Assembly: GCA_038228545.1 (NCBI GenBank)
Contig: JBBRPE010000003.1
Location: 64,442-128,441 of the forward strand
Origin: Minisyncoccia bacterium
Lineage (GTDB): Bacteria; Patescibacteriota; Minisyncoccia; Phycocordibacterales; Phycocordibacteraceae
Direction: 5' to 3'
Length of the DNA stretch: 64,000 nucleotides
Position numbers and translations under genes: made by a program. Below are positions 19,328-29,377 of this stretch, piece after piece. Positions within the stretch are counted from its first letter, which is position 1. Every line of letters starts with the position of its first letter. Below the pieces are notes generated by a model that did no database searches, had not been told where the DNA came from, and saw only the letters and a list, made by a program, of their open reading frames with translations.

Positions 19328-19870
19328 ATGGCTGCACATGCCACACCGCCTGTCGCGCCGCGCGCGACAGGCAAGAACTGGCTCCCCGCCACACTCATGA
19401 AGTGGGTCGGGAGTCTCTCGGTGCTATTCGTTGTTGGTGCCATCGTTTTCGGAGTGATGGTACCCTTCATCGGAAGGTTATTCCACCCGCAGCCTACCCA
19501 ACAAAATCAGGCAACGGCTGGTGATAGCCACCAACGCAGCCAGCAGAGCGCAAGCTCTTCTGCACCTGCCCGCGTCGAGACCTCGCCCGTCGCTCTTCCG
19601 GCACCGCTCACTATCCAAGTGCCGGTATGCGGAGATACGGCGAATCGAACTTTCTCGACGCCGACGCCTATTCCGAGTCGCGTCTTCGTGTGTTCCAGCC
19701 GCAACAGCGGATGGAACTACCAAGCACACGACCGGAGCTCGTCAGACATCTCCGACGCCCAATGGGTGGACGGGCCAGGTGTGCACGGCAATGGCGTTCG
19801 CTTCTGCTCGACTACCGGGCAGGCCTACACCATGGACCTAACGTGGTCCAACACCGAAGGCGTCTGCTAG
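19328..19870 (+). CDS. Hypothetical single-TM protein with Cys-containing C-terminal domain
   Basis: SD AGGAG, TM, low-complexity linker; terminator-like hairpin at ~19894-19930. Confidence 0.7.
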   Translation: MAAHATPPVAPRATGKNWLPATLMKWVGSLSVLFVVGAIVFGVMVPFIGRLFHPQPTQQNQATAGDSHQRSQQSASSSAPARVETSPVALPAPLTIQVPVCGDTANRTFSTPTPIPSRVFVCSSRNSGWNYQAHDRSSSDISDAQWVDGPGVHGNGVRFCSTTGQAYTMDLTWSNTEGVC

Positions 19871-19932
19871 ACACCATCGGCTTGATCTTTCCGAGCCCTC
19901 TTCGCGCAAGCGTTGGGGGCTCTTTCTTTTAC

Positions 19933-20208
19933 TTAATGCGCTGGAGTGAGAGGAACACCGAGCGTTGACGAGACGGTTGCAGTAAGGAGTGCAATGATTG
20001 CGCGTGCACCGAAGATAATAACAAGGCCAATGATTCCCCATATGATGTGCTGTTGACCGGTCTTTCTTTTTTCATCATTTCCGGCGCCTTGTATGAATTC
20101 AACAACGCCCCATACAAATACCACAAAAGCGGCAAGCACCATAAGCTCAATGAGAGGGTTCAGTATTGCGTTCTCGACTTTAACGAGAAAGGCATCGAAG
20201 GCAGGCAT
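19933..20208 (-). CDS. VirB2/TrbC-like pilin
   Basis: FVWG...EKRKTGQQHIIWGIIGLVI motif. Confidence 0.8.
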   Translation of the reverse strand: MPAFDAFLVKVENAILNPLIELMVLAAFVVFVWGVVEFIQGAGNDEKRKTGQQHIIWGIIGLVIIFGARAIIALLTATVSSTLGVPLTPAH

Positions 20209-20273
20209 ACCCTAATACTAGCAGAACCCCGCGCCAGAGGCGCGGGGTTCCGTGGAGAAAGCGAACAGTCTAA

Positions 20274-20633
20274 CTAGCGGCCCTGTGTAGTGTAGGGAGC
20301 GGTTGGATACGTCGGTGTGGATGGGTTGAGGTTGAAGGTACCAATAAGAATGTGTACCAAGCCCCAAACCGAGACCATGACAAAGAAGCCGATGAGACCC
20401 CAGAGCATGAGTTGCTTGCCGCTTTCACGCTTCTCTTCATCATGTCCGCCCTGAATGAAGTACTGGAAGATACCCCAGATGAAGACGATGAATGCGAGTG
20501 CGAAAACGATAGGCACCGCGACGTTGTTGATAAGGTCGATAACTATTCTGCTCGCATCGTTGACGCTGTTCACCTGCGCGAAGGCAAGGAACGGGAGAGC
20601 AAAGGCAGCACCGATATAGCCGATTTTCTTCAT
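20274..20633 (-). CDS. VirB2/TrbC-like pilin
   Basis: Signal peptide; FIWG...GKQLMLWGLIGFFVMVSVWG. Confidence 0.85.
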   Translation of the reverse strand: MKKIGYIGAAFALPFLAFAQVNSVNDASRIVIDLINNVAVPIVFALAFIVFIWGIFQYFIQGGHDEEKRESGKQLMLWGLIGFFVMVSVWGLVHILIGTFNLNPSTPTYPTAPYTTQGR

Positions 20634-20736
20634 AATGTGTGATTAGTATAACCGCGTAGGTTCTCCTATAGGATAGCGCGAGGGCGAGTTCCGTCAATGG
20701 AATACGGGGCGCTATGTGGAAAACAAAGGAATCTCG

Positions 20737-21267
20737 TTACGGAGGCGTTGGATTGGAGTTAATGATGGTTGTACCTGAATTACTTGGTGCTGGTGTTTGT
20801 GTCGCACCACTCGATGGGAGTGTTGTCTGTGTCTGGGCTGCAGGAGCGTTCGACTGATTAAACACCGGGTACTGCGGACGAACGGCAGAACTGAGGCCGA
20901 GCGTGCCGTTTATGACATTAATCAAGCCCCATACGGAAAGCATGATAACGAACCCGATAAGTCCCCACAGGAGAAGTTGCTGGCCTTCCTTACGCTTCTC
21001 TTCATTACTGCCACCGAGGATGAAGTAACGGTAGATACCGACGATGAAGACAACGAATGCAAGAGCAAAAACAATAGGAACAACAATACTATCGATGAAC
21101 GAGATGCCGCAATTGAGAAACGTGCCGAGATTCGTAATGTCGCAACGTCCGGTGCCGCCGGGTGCAAATGGGTCCGTTGGTGCGGCGTAGGCCAGCTGTG
21201 TGAATCCGAGAAATGCCACTGAAACGAGTGCAAACAGGCGAGCGATAAGAATACGGAAAGATGTCAT
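20737..21267 (-). CDS. VirB2/TrbC-like pilin with Pro/Thr-rich tail
   Basis: EEKRKEGQQLLLWGLIGFVIMLSVWG. Confidence 0.8.
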   Translation of the reverse strand: MTSFRILIARLFALVSVAFLGFTQLAYAAPTDPFAPGGTGRCDITNLGTFLNCGISFIDSIVVPIVFALAFVVFIVGIYRYFILGGSNEEKRKEGQQLLLWGLIGFVIMLSVWGLINVINGTLGLSSAVRPQYPVFNQSNAPAAQTQTTLPSSGATQTPAPSNSGTTIINSNPTPP

Positions 21268-21309
21268 ATATATGAAGCGTACCAAGGACGGATAATCGAG
21301 CAAGCTAAG

Positions 21310-21645
21310 TTATGCACTGGTGCCAAGAAGAGTCGTGACGAGGATTTTAATTATTCCCCACACACTGAAGATAATGACCATCCCAACCATGGCCCATATG
21401 ATGAAACCGCGGCCTTGCTCCCGATTCTCTGCTCCGCCCGTAAAGAAATACCGAACGATGCCGATAACCAAGAATAGGAACGCGAGTGAATACAAGAGAG
21501 GAATAACACCCGTGTCAACGAGCGGGACTATCTTCTGGTCTACGAGCTGCTGAAACGTCAGGCCGGCTGTGCTTGTGGTGGCAAAGACCGGAAGTGCTGT
21601 CGTAAGGAGTGCGCCAAGCCCAATAAGCCTCTGTACAATTTTCAT
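21310..21645 (-). CDS. VirB2/TrbC-like pilin
   Basis: ENREQGRGFIIWAMVGMVIIFSVWG. Confidence 0.8.
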   Translation of the reverse strand: MKIVQRLIGLGALLTTALPVFATTSTAGLTFQQLVDQKIVPLVDTGVIPLLYSLAFLFLVIGIVRYFFTGGAENREQGRGFIIWAMVGMVIIFSVWGIIKILVTTLLGTSA

Positions 21646-22103
21646 GAGCCAAGACCGGCAACGGTCGCAGTAATAACTACTTCAATGGCTTTCGCCCCGA
21701 GCAAAATAAGTCCACCAATGAGCGTCCATATGAGAGCGCTACGTGCTTTCGATATTTCTTCCGGATTACCTCGGGCAAGAACGAATAGGAATCCGACGTA
21801 TACGAGCATGACAACGAGAAGTACAGAACCGAGCTCAACGACCGCACCAAGTATTGCATCTATGAGTTTCGGTAGACTATCAATATTGCCAAGTGGGTTC
21901 TGCAGCACTGCGGTGCTGCCATCAGAAGCCGGGTTACCTGTTACTGGTGTTGCGGGATTCCCTGTGACGGGAGTGGCAGGATTACCAGTTACCGGAGTCG
22001 GTTCAGCATGAGCAATTGGAGCTGAAATACAGAAAACGGCGAATGCTAGTGTAGCGAGACTTACTACGACAATGTGTGATGAGGAAGTGCGAAGAGTACT
22101 CAT
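21642..22103 (-). CDS. VirB2/TrbC-like pilin with 3x TPVTGNPA repeat
   Basis: LQNPLG; GNPEEISKARSALIWTLIGG. Confidence 0.85.
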   Translation of the reverse strand: MSTLRTSSSHIVVVSLATLAFAVFCISAPIAHAEPTPVTGNPATPVTGNPATPVTGNPASDGSTAVLQNPLGNIDSLPKLIDAILGAVVELGSVLLVVMLVYVGFLFVLARGNPEEISKARSALIWTLIGGLILLGAKAIEVVITATVAGLGS

Positions 22104-23401
22104 TGTAGTGCCGCTGTTAGGGATTGATCCGCGGCGACCAGTGCGTCCCGGACGCTCAACTGGCCGCTTACGATACCGTTAATCATATCAGCGAAAACAC
22201 GGTCGGTGACGGCGGGTGCTGGGGACAGCCACCCTTTTGCCTGTAACGCTCCGGCGTTCAGTATAGGTGCATAAATATTATCGCTTGCAGCGGTGAGGAG
22301 CGCACGATTCGATGGAGCCATACCAAGTGCAGTGGCTGCTGTCGTAACCTCGGTCACAGCCCCTAGAGCGCTAGCAACACGGAAGGCTCCACTAGAGTTA
22401 TGGCTCACCTTCGGTATTGCAAAGGCGTAGGCGAGCGCGTAGTCGGTCTTGGAGGCACTTGTCTGTGGCTGCGGTATTTGTGCCATATCAAAATCGAGAT
22501 TGGGGTTCGCACTCTTTAAATAGGCAAGTTCAGAGCCGTAGCCCACATAGAATGCAGCATCCCCGGCAAGGAAACTCTGACGTGCGTCCGTCTTTGAACG
22601 ATTCCAGCTGTAGACAGTCTTCGCGGGGTCTGCGAACTGTGTGTAGAAAGAAACGGCAGACTCTCCTGGAGAACGCGCAGCGCTATCCGCTGCTCCAGAG
22701 GAAAGCGTACTGCGGAATATGCCGGACGAATATTCAACGAGCGAACTGCCCGACTGCAACATCAAAAGAGAAATAATAGCGCGTGCGTCCGGAATGTTCT
22801 GATAGGTGCCAAATGGTATGGCGCTCTTTGAAATAACGCCGGCATCTGACTTTACCGTCAGGTGCGGTGCCAGACCGACAACCGCTTCCCAGGTTGTTGG
22901 TACCTGCGGCACGCTCGCGCTTGAGAGCATGGTGCGGTTGAAGTACAAGACGAGTGGGTCCGCGACGAACGGCACCGCATACGTTCCATTCGATGTCAGA
23001 AACAATTCGTATATAGGAAGGTATTCATCTCTATAGGTCCGCTCGGGGACAGAGGAAAACGGAATGACACTTATCTTATTGCGTTCAGCAAGCAGGTGCT
23101 CTTGGTCGGTAATGATGAGGTCTGGACCGTTTCCAGCTGCAAGCGCGTCCGCAAGAAGCGTATCGAAGCTATCTGTGGATTGCTGTACGTACGTAACTTT
23201 TCCGAATTCCTGATGTGTGCGCTTTAAGTCTTCAAGTGTGCCAACCATAGCGGTAGCGGAAAGCGTTCCCCATATCGTGACGGCACCTACGGGTTTGGCA
23301 CCTCCGAATCCTTTAAAGGTTGAGAAAAGCACAAGACCGCCAACCGCGAGGAACGCGAAGACCGAAATCACGATTATTTGGAACGGGCGCATGTTCATCA
23401 T
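22100..23401 (-). CDS. Extracellular solute-binding protein (sugar ABC family-like)
   Basis: N-terminal TM, VTIWG, GPDLI, LYFNRTML, FLAGDAAFY. Confidence 0.8.
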   Translation of the reverse strand: MMNMRPFQIIVISVFAFLAVGGLVLFSTFKGFGGAKPVGAVTIWGTLSATAMVGTLEDLKRTHQEFGKVTYVQQSTDSFDTLLADALAAGNGPDLIITDQEHLLAERNKISVIPFSSVPERTYRDEYLPIYELFLTSNGTYAVPFVADPLVLYFNRTMLSSASVPQVPTTWEAVVGLAPHLTVKSDAGVISKSAIPFGTYQNIPDARAIISLLMLQSGSSLVEYSSGIFRSTLSSGAADSAARSPGESAVSFYTQFADPAKTVYSWNRSKTDARQSFLAGDAAFYVGYGSELAYLKSANPNLDFDMAQIPQPQTSASKTDYALAYAFAIPKVSHNSSGAFRVASALGAVTEVTTAATALGMAPSNRALLTAASDNIYAPILNAGALQAKGWLSPAPAVTDRVFADMINGIVSGQLSVRDALVAADQSLTAALQ

Positions 23402-23940
23402 GGACAAGTAAAAAGTATTGAATAGTGATGTGGTCCAGCTCGATATGATTTTACCTTATGAAATCCCCTCGTGATGAAAAGTTCCTCTGCTTCGTGCTCG
23501 GAGACGACATGCTTTTCGTGCGGACCGATGCCACCATACGCTCCCGCCCAGTCAGTCACCAATACCTTTCCGCTCGGTTTTAGGATTCGTCGTATCTCGG
23601 TAACTACCACGTCGCGGTTTTCGAGTTGAAACAGGGTGTTGGAAAGAATAACGGCATCAAGAACTCCCTCGCGCAATTTCGTGCCGCCGGGTTTCTCAAT
23701 GTTCCCCCATATCGTTTCAATATTTTTGAACTTCTTTTCGCTTGCGGTGTCTCGAATATGTTTCAGTACATCTTCCTGCACGTCCACTGCATACACATGG
23801 CCGGTGGCTCCCACGATACCTGCAGCCGCGAGCGCGTAGTGACCTACACCTGAGCCAAGGTCGCCGACTTTCATACCGTCCGTAAGTCCCATCTGAAGAA
23901 TATTCTTCGTAGGGTTCGCAAAAAGGTCCTCAAGGTGCAT
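23398..23940 (-). CDS. Class I SAM-dependent methyltransferase
   Basis: VGDLGSGVG, VYAVDVQ, RILKPSG. Confidence 0.85.
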   Translation of the reverse strand: MHLEDLFANPTKNILQMGLTDGMKVGDLGSGVGHYALAAAGIVGATGHVYAVDVQEDVLKHIRDTASEKKFKNIETIWGNIEKPGGTKLREGVLDAVILSNTLFQLENRDVVVTEIRRILKPSGKVLVTDWAGAYGGIGPHEKHVVSEHEAEELFITRGFHKVKSYRAGPHHYSILFTCP

Positions 23941-23999
23941 ACCATAAAAATAGCACGCGCCGAAGCAAAGCTTCGGCGCGTGCTATTTCACTACGTGGA

Positions 24000-24338
24000 C
24001 TACTGCCCAAGCATCTGTAGCGTTACTTCACCATTTTTATGAAGAGTAACTGCATAGGAATGCCCTGAAGGACTGGTAAACGGCACCGAAACGTCGACGT
24101 GCTCGGTAAGCGGACGGCTATGGTCATACTTATCTTTTCCCCTATCTTCCGCAGAAGTTGCGTTGAAATCCGCAATCCACTTCACGAAGTTTGATTCCGG
24201 TGTGCCAGCTACCTTCATAGCCATCCAGAGGTTAAGTGCTTCGCCTTCAATAGTGTGCTCTAGCGCGCTATACACCTTCTCCTTGTCGGTCAGTACTGAG
24301 GATTCAGGACGCTGCGAGAATGAAGGTACTTGTTCCAT
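24000..24338 (-). CDS. Hypothetical protein
   Basis: ORF following gyrA; strong hairpin at 23948-23988 downstream. Confidence 0.6.
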   Translation of the reverse strand: MEQVPSFSQRPESSVLTDKEKVYSALEHTIEGEALNLWMAMKVAGTPESNFVKWIADFNATSAEDRGKDKYDHSRPLTEHVDVSVPFTSPSGHSYAVTLHKNGEVTLQMLGQ

Positions 24339-24354
24339 ATAAATGTGCTAACTA

Positions 24355-26829
24355 TTAAAGCGCCACCATCGATGCGATTGAGTCCCCCTCCCGCATCTTC
24401 ATAATGCGCACACCCTGCGTTGCGCGCGATAGGGAAGGAATCTCACCTGCGGAACAGCGGATGACCTGGCCCTTCTTTGATATCACGACAATCTCTTCTT
24501 CCTTTATTTCTTCGTCGCCACCCACGAGCACCTTTGCGCCGATAATTTCACCGGTTTTCGCCGTGACTTCTGCAGTCTTAATACCGGAGCCGCCGCGACC
24601 CTGAATCTTGTACTCAGAAAGTGCGGTCTTCTTGCCGTAGCCTTTATCCATAATCACGAGGAGCGACGCGTTCTTAGCGCTTGCATCAACTATCTCAGCA
24701 GACACAACACGGTCGTCCTTCTTTACGGCCATGCCACGCACACCTGCTGCGGTACGACCCATAGCGCGTACATCTTCCTCATCAAATCGTATGGATTGTC
24801 CCTTGCTCGTTACTATGGAAATAGAATCGCCGGTACCCGCAAGCGATGCAGAGACGAGGCGGTCGGAGCCCTTAAGGGCGATGGCAATGATGCCGGACTT
24901 GCGTACATCTGCGAAGTTCTTTGCTTCGACCTTCTTTACAACACCCTCGCTCGTTACGAAGAACACACTCATAGCTTCGCGCGCCGCACCCTTTGGTACT
25001 GGCAGCACACTGGTCACTTTCTCATCACCTGCAAGTGGTAGGAAGTTCATGATGGACTTACCCTTCGTCGCACGGCGACCCTCGGGAATGTCATACATTT
25101 TGGTCTGGTACGCTTTGCCCTTATCGGTAAAGAAGAGTAAGTCGGAGTGCGCGGAAGCCGATAGGAAATGCGTTACGACGTCTTCCTCTTTTGTCGACAT
25201 ATCAATGACACCGACGCCACCGCGCTTCTGTATTTTGTACTCCTCGGGATTCGTACGCTTTACGTAGCCACCTGCGGTAAGCACAAGGACTGATTCATCG
25301 TCGGCAACGAGGTCTTCCAGAGATATGTTCTTCACGCCACCCTTTACGATTTTCGTACGGCGGTCGTCGCCGAACTTATCGGAGATCTCTTGCAGTTCAG
25401 CGCGCACGACCGCAAGGATGTTCTTCGCACTCGATAGGATTTTCTTTAGTGCTTTGATGATTTCCTGTATCTCGGCGAGCTCGTCTTCAATCTTCTTACG
25501 TTCAAGTCCGGCGAGCGTCTGGAGACGCATCGCAAGAATAGCTGCCGTCTGAATGGGTGTGAAGGCAAACTTCTTTATGAGTGCCTCGCTCGCGGTGGGT
25601 ACGTCCTTTGATGCACGAATAGTTTTGATGACTTCATCAATGTGATCGAGCGCCTTTACGAGGCCGAGCAAGATATGCTCGCGTTCTTCCGCCTTGCGCA
25701 AATCGTATTCCGTACGACGCTTCACCACCTCCTGACGATGCGCCACGAAATTCTCGAGCATGCCCTTGAGCGAAAGCGTTTGCGGTACGCCATCTACGAG
25801 CGCGAGCATGTTGTAGTGGAACGTGCTTTCAAGTTCCGTGTGCTTATAAAGCGAATTCAAAATGGTCTGCGGATGCGCGGTGCCTTTCAAATCAACGACA
25901 ATGCGAATGTCCGAAGTTGATTCATCACGCAAGTCGCGAATACCTTCAAGCTTCTTGTCACGGACAAGGTCTGCAATGCGTGTGATGAGATCCGCTTTGT
26001 TAACACGGAAGGGAATTGAAGTAACGATAATTTGAGTACCCTTCTTGTCTTCGACAATGTCAGCTTCCCCACGCACCACAACACCGCCCTTGCCGGTAGT
26101 GTACGCATGCTTAATATCCGCCTGATTAAATGCGATAGCGCCAAGCGGGAAGTCAGGTCCTTTTACAAATTGAAGCAAGTCTTCTGTGGTTGCCTCTTCG
26201 TTATCTATAAGGTGCGTCGTAGCCGCAATCACCTCACGCAAATTGTGCGGAGGAATGTTGGTCGCCATACCCACCGCAATACCAAGCGTGCCGTTGAGGA
26301 GCAAATTCGGGAATGCAGCCGGAAGCACGGTCGGCTCTTGCTTACTTCCGTCGTAGTTCGGAACCCAGTCAACGGTTTCCTTATCTATATCTTTCAGCAG
26401 TTCTTCCGCGAGGCGCGACATCTTTGCTTCCGTATAGCGGTATGCAGCGGCCGGGTCGCCGTCGATAGAACCGAAGTTACCCTGCCCAAGTACCAGTGGA
26501 TAGCGCGTCGAGAAGTCCTGCGCGAGTTTTACCATCGCGTCGTACACAGATGAGTCACCATGTGGGTGATACGAACCGAGCACGTCTCCCACGACCGTTG
26601 CCGACTTACGGAACTTCGCAGATGCCGTCAGTCCGTTTTGTTTCATCGCAAAGAGAATGCGGCGATGCACGGGTTTCAGTCCGTCACGCACGTCCGGAAG
26701 TGCGCGCGAGGTAATAACCGTCATCGCGTAGTCGATATACGACTGACGCATCTCGCTTACGATTGGTTGGTCAATTATGGAAATGCGCGGCTCAACTGGC
26801 GCTACTTCTTCTACTGCTTTCTTTGCCAT
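24355..26829 (-). CDS. gyrA: DNA gyrase subunit A
   Basis: [27 protein letters not shown], GyrA box QKRGGVG. Confidence 0.97.
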   Translation of the reverse strand: MAKKAVEEVAPVEPRISIIDQPIVSEMRQSYIDYAMTVITSRALPDVRDGLKPVHRRILFAMKQNGLTASAKFRKSATVVGDVLGSYHPHGDSSVYDAMVKLAQDFSTRYPLVLGQGNFGSIDGDPAAAYRYTEAKMSRLAEELLKDIDKETVDWVPNYDGSKQEPTVLPAAFPNLLLNGTLGIAVGMATNIPPHNLREVIAATTHLIDNEEATTEDLLQFVKGPDFPLGAIAFNQADIKHAYTTGKGGVVVRGEADIVEDKKGTQIIVTSIPFRVNKADLITRIADLVRDKKLEGIRDLRDESTSDIRIVVDLKGTAHPQTILNSLYKHTELESTFHYNMLALVDGVPQTLSLKGMLENFVAHRQEVVKRRTEYDLRKAEEREHILLGLVKALDHIDEVIKTIRASKDVPTASEALIKKFAFTPIQTAAILAMRLQTLAGLERKKIEDELAEIQEIIKALKKILSSAKNILAVVRAELQEISDKFGDDRRTKIVKGGVKNISLEDLVADDESVLVLTAGGYVKRTNPEEYKIQKRGGVGVIDMSTKEEDVVTHFLSASAHSDLLFFTDKGKAYQTKMYDIPEGRRATKGKSIMNFLPLAGDEKVTSVLPVPKGAAREAMSVFFVTSEGVVKKVEAKNFADVRKSGIIAIALKGSDRLVSASLAGTGDSISIVTSKGQSIRFDEEDVRAMGRTAAGVRGMAVKKDDRVVSAEIVDASAKNASLLVIMDKGYGKKTALSEYKIQGRGGSGIKTAEVTAKTGEIIGAKVLVGGDEEIKEEEIVVISKKGQVIRCSAGEIPSLSRATQGVRIMKMREGDSIASMVAL

Positions 26830-26841
26830 GGAATAAACGTT

Positions 26842-27213
26842 CTAAAAATGAATGACGGTCGCGTCTGACGAAGACTGTCCACTATCGAGTGTCGAGTGCA
26901 CTTGCGTGTCTACGATAGTGATGGCGGTAGGCGAGGAGGTGGCGCCTACAGCGGCGCCTGCGGCGCCGACAAGCTGTGAAAAACTATTTGAATTCTGCGT
27001 AATCGCCTCTTTAAAATTCGGTGCATTCTGATCGGTCGAAGCGAATGTCGACGGAGCGAGCGAGAACGTGCCACCAAGTGCGTTTGCAGCAAACCACCCG
27101 AGTGCAACGACAAGTGTAACGCCACCAGCTACACCCAAGGCGATATTCTGACGCACATGGAGTGGCTTCTGGCGGAGGTCGTGCACTACTTCATGGACGC
27201 GCTTTGTTTCCAT
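26842..27213 (-). CDS. Hypothetical single-TM protein
   Basis: ORF tightly packed between the MBL gene and gyrA. Confidence 0.65.
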   Translation of the reverse strand: METKRVHEVVHDLRQKPLHVRQNIALGVAGGVTLVVALGWFAANALGGTFSLAPSTFASTDQNAPNFKEAITQNSNSFSQLVGAAGAAVGATSSPTAITIVDTQVHSTLDSGQSSSDATVIHF

Positions 27214-27217
27214 ACTG

Positions 27218-27859
27218 TTACGGGGTAATAACAATTATAGCCCCATCTTTGTCCGCAGCATCCTTTTTCTTGAGGGTAAGTTTGTCGACTGTTTCTGCAG
27301 AGCCACCCTCCTCTTTAAGGTACGCTTCCAGAGACTTTGGCTCGCCCATGCCGTTCCAGTGCATCGGAATTACGATTCGTGGCTCAAGCGTGACTGCGAG
27401 CTTAGCGGCCTTTGCTGCATCAAGCACCCCATCGCCACCAACAGGAAGGAAGAGCACGTCAATTTCATCAATTGCTTCGCGCGCCTCTTGCGAGAGCATG
27501 GGGTCGTTAAGGGCACCAAGGTGCACGAGTGTCATACCTTCGAGCCCCACTGCGTAGACCGTGTTGACTGCGGAGTCTTGGCCGTTACCAAGTGCGTATT
27601 CGCTCTTGGTCAGAAATCCCTGCACGGTGACGCCTGAGTGCTCGTATTCACCTGGGCCTGTGATGGCAAATGGTTCCTTGCCATTAAACGAAACTTCCTC
27701 CAGACCATTCATATTTGGATGATTTCGCGACACGAGTGCAAGGTCTGCGCCAAAGCGTACCGCAGGAAGGGTACCTTTCTTAGAAATAGGATCGAAGACG
27801 ACGGTGAGGTCGCCAAACGTCACCTTGAAGCACTGCCCGCCGTGGTGGGTGATTACCAT
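27218..27859 (-). CDS. MBL-fold metallo-hydrolase
   Basis: HGGQCF, GPGEYE, HLG, LPVGG, IPMHW; metal motif partly degenerate. Confidence 0.8.
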   Translation of the reverse strand: MVITHHGGQCFKVTFGDLTVVFDPISKKGTLPAVRFGADLALVSRNHPNMNGLEEVSFNGKEPFAITGPGEYEHSGVTVQGFLTKSEYALGNGQDSAVNTVYAVGLEGMTLVHLGALNDPMLSQEAREAIDEIDVLFLPVGGDGVLDAAKAAKLAVTLEPRIVIPMHWNGMGEPKSLEAYLKEEGGSAETVDKLTLKKKDAADKDGAIIVITP

Positions 27860-28053
27860 TGTGGAGACATTATACCTTGAAAAAGCTACGTGTGGTAGCT
27901 TCATAGTAGGAACGCAACCCTGCGTTCCTAACCTATGAAAGGTTCGTTTTGCCTTTGAACCAAGCACCCAATTGATGGGGAGCTTGGTTCATTGAAAAAA
28001 CGTTCGCCCCCCACTTCACCCTGTTGAAGTGGTGTTGTTTTACCGGCTCTTCA

Positions 28054-28082
28054 TTGACCCAACAGGGAAGTTAGGTTATATT
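28054..28082 (+). promoter_or_regulatory. Sigma70-type promoter
   Basis: TTGACC-17 nt-TATATT. Confidence 0.55.
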
Positions 28083-28126
28083 TCTCATGTCGCCCAACTG
28101 GGGCGATTTCCATTTGGAGGTGAGCT

Positions 28127-28330
28127 GTGAGCCACACTGACGATACTCTGACTCTGACACGGCCTCCGAAGGCCTCGTTCTTCCAACACCAGGATCCCCC
28201 TCGCTCCAACTTCGTGAGCGTCGCGGGAGGTAGCAATGGCAAGCCGCCTCTGGGCTCTGACGGCAGAAACAACATGCCTGCCGACGATGCCGGCGACCCG
28301 ACGGCCAAGCGTACCGGCACGAACGGCTAG
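28127..28330 (+). CDS. Small hypothetical protein, 67 aa
   Basis: GTG start with strong SD GGAGGT, downstream of the promoter. Confidence 0.45.
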   Translation: MSHTDDTLTLTRPPKASFFQHQDPPRSNFVSVAGGSNGKPPLGSDGRNNMPADDAGDPTAKRTGTNG

Positions 28331-28336
28331 AACATC

Positions 28337-28474
28337 ATGGGCCAAGAAACTCATGAAGAACTTCCGGCGATCCGGCACACGCCAGTGAGCCACGGCGACC
28401 TTGGTCAGGACGACTTTGACGACGACTACCCGGACGGCAGCAAACCGCTCCCGCCGAGCACCGTCTACAACTAA
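28337..28474 (+). CDS. Small acidic hypothetical protein, 45 aa (not in ORF track)
   Basis: MGQETHEELPAIRHTPVSHGDLGQDDFDDDYPDGSKPLPPSTVYN, starting 6 nt after the previous stop. Confidence 0.35.
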   Translation: MGQETHEELPAIRHTPVSHGDLGQDDFDDDYPDGSKPLPPSTVYN

Positions 28475-28899
28475 CCGAACAGGCGAGCGTAACAGGGAAG
28501 CCGACCCCCTTTAGAGGGTCATAGGGAGGACACCCCCATGTCCAAACCAAAAATCCTGTATGCGCGCCGTGGTGGAGGGGACAGCGTTTCCTCCACCACA
28601 CCAACTTGCTCTTTATGTTCTAAACCTTCGCCACTAGGGCGAACTACACATTCAAGGTCTACCTACACGGGTGGGCCTTTATTCGTTATGTGAAGAGATG
28701 AGAATGTAATGTGCGCACTTCCCTGTCTCGGCTAAAAAAGTTATCCACAGGTGCTTGATTTTAGTAAAAGTTATGTTGGAACCGATTTTCCGACCTATGT
28801 TCAGCTGAAAGATTTGGATTTAAAGTTTCTCGTAATTCGAAAAATATTTGAGTGGATAGAGCGAGAGAACCCCTACTTCCCTGCCTCACTACGGAAAAC

Positions 28900-28927
28900 T
28901 TGACACTAAAATAACGGGTGCTATAGT
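28900..28927 (+). promoter_or_regulatory. Sigma70-type promoter with extended -10
   Basis: TTGACA-16 nt-(TG)TATAGT. Confidence 0.65.
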
Positions 28928-29025
28928 GCTTTCACTGACTGGTGCGGTAGTTCGTTATTGAGGGCTCGCCCTCTTTTTTCGTTCCCGATGAACTAGACAG
29001 CTGAACCTCGCAAAGGAGATTGCCC

Positions 29026-29175
29026 ATGAAGACCTCTTCGACCCGCTCGATGTTGAAACCCATCCCCCTGGCCGCCGGCCTGGCCCTGTCCGCCGCCGCC
29101 ATCGGCGCCGGCATCATGCTGGCCAAGCGCAGCAACAAGTCCAACCCGGCCGGCGCCGTCCCCAAGGCGGCCTGA
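29026..29175 (+). CDS. Small membrane peptide, 49 aa (not in ORF track)
   Basis: MKTSSTRSMLKPIPLAAGLALSAAAIGAGIMLAKRSNKSNPAGAVPKAA; SD AAGGAG; nearly all third codon positions G/C. Confidence 0.7.
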   Translation: MKTSSTRSMLKPIPLAAGLALSAAAIGAGIMLAKRSNKSNPAGAVPKAA

Positions 29176-29377
29176 TCGGACAAAGGCCCGACACGCCCCC
29201 CCCCGACTAGTCGGGCCTCCAGCCCCCATCGCATGTAAAGTGCGGTGGGAGTTTTGCTTTATTGCTCAATTCCCCACTATTTGCTATATTCCCTGAGTTA
29301 AGGCGAGAGCAGTACGGAGGCGTTAACCCTGAAAGTCGCAAGGCTTCAGCACCCTTCAGAACGTCCGTCTCTTATAT

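Noticed and set aside
20224-20251. Hairpin CCGCGCCAGAGGCGCGG shared with ~55276-55294
   Set aside because: Both sit in short intergenic gaps and are adequately explained as terminators; too short to define a family
28930-29262. tmRNA, 6S or SRP RNA
   Set aside because: No tRNA-like ends (GGGGCTG.../TTCGA..CCACCA), no long 6S-type rod and no SRP motif recognised
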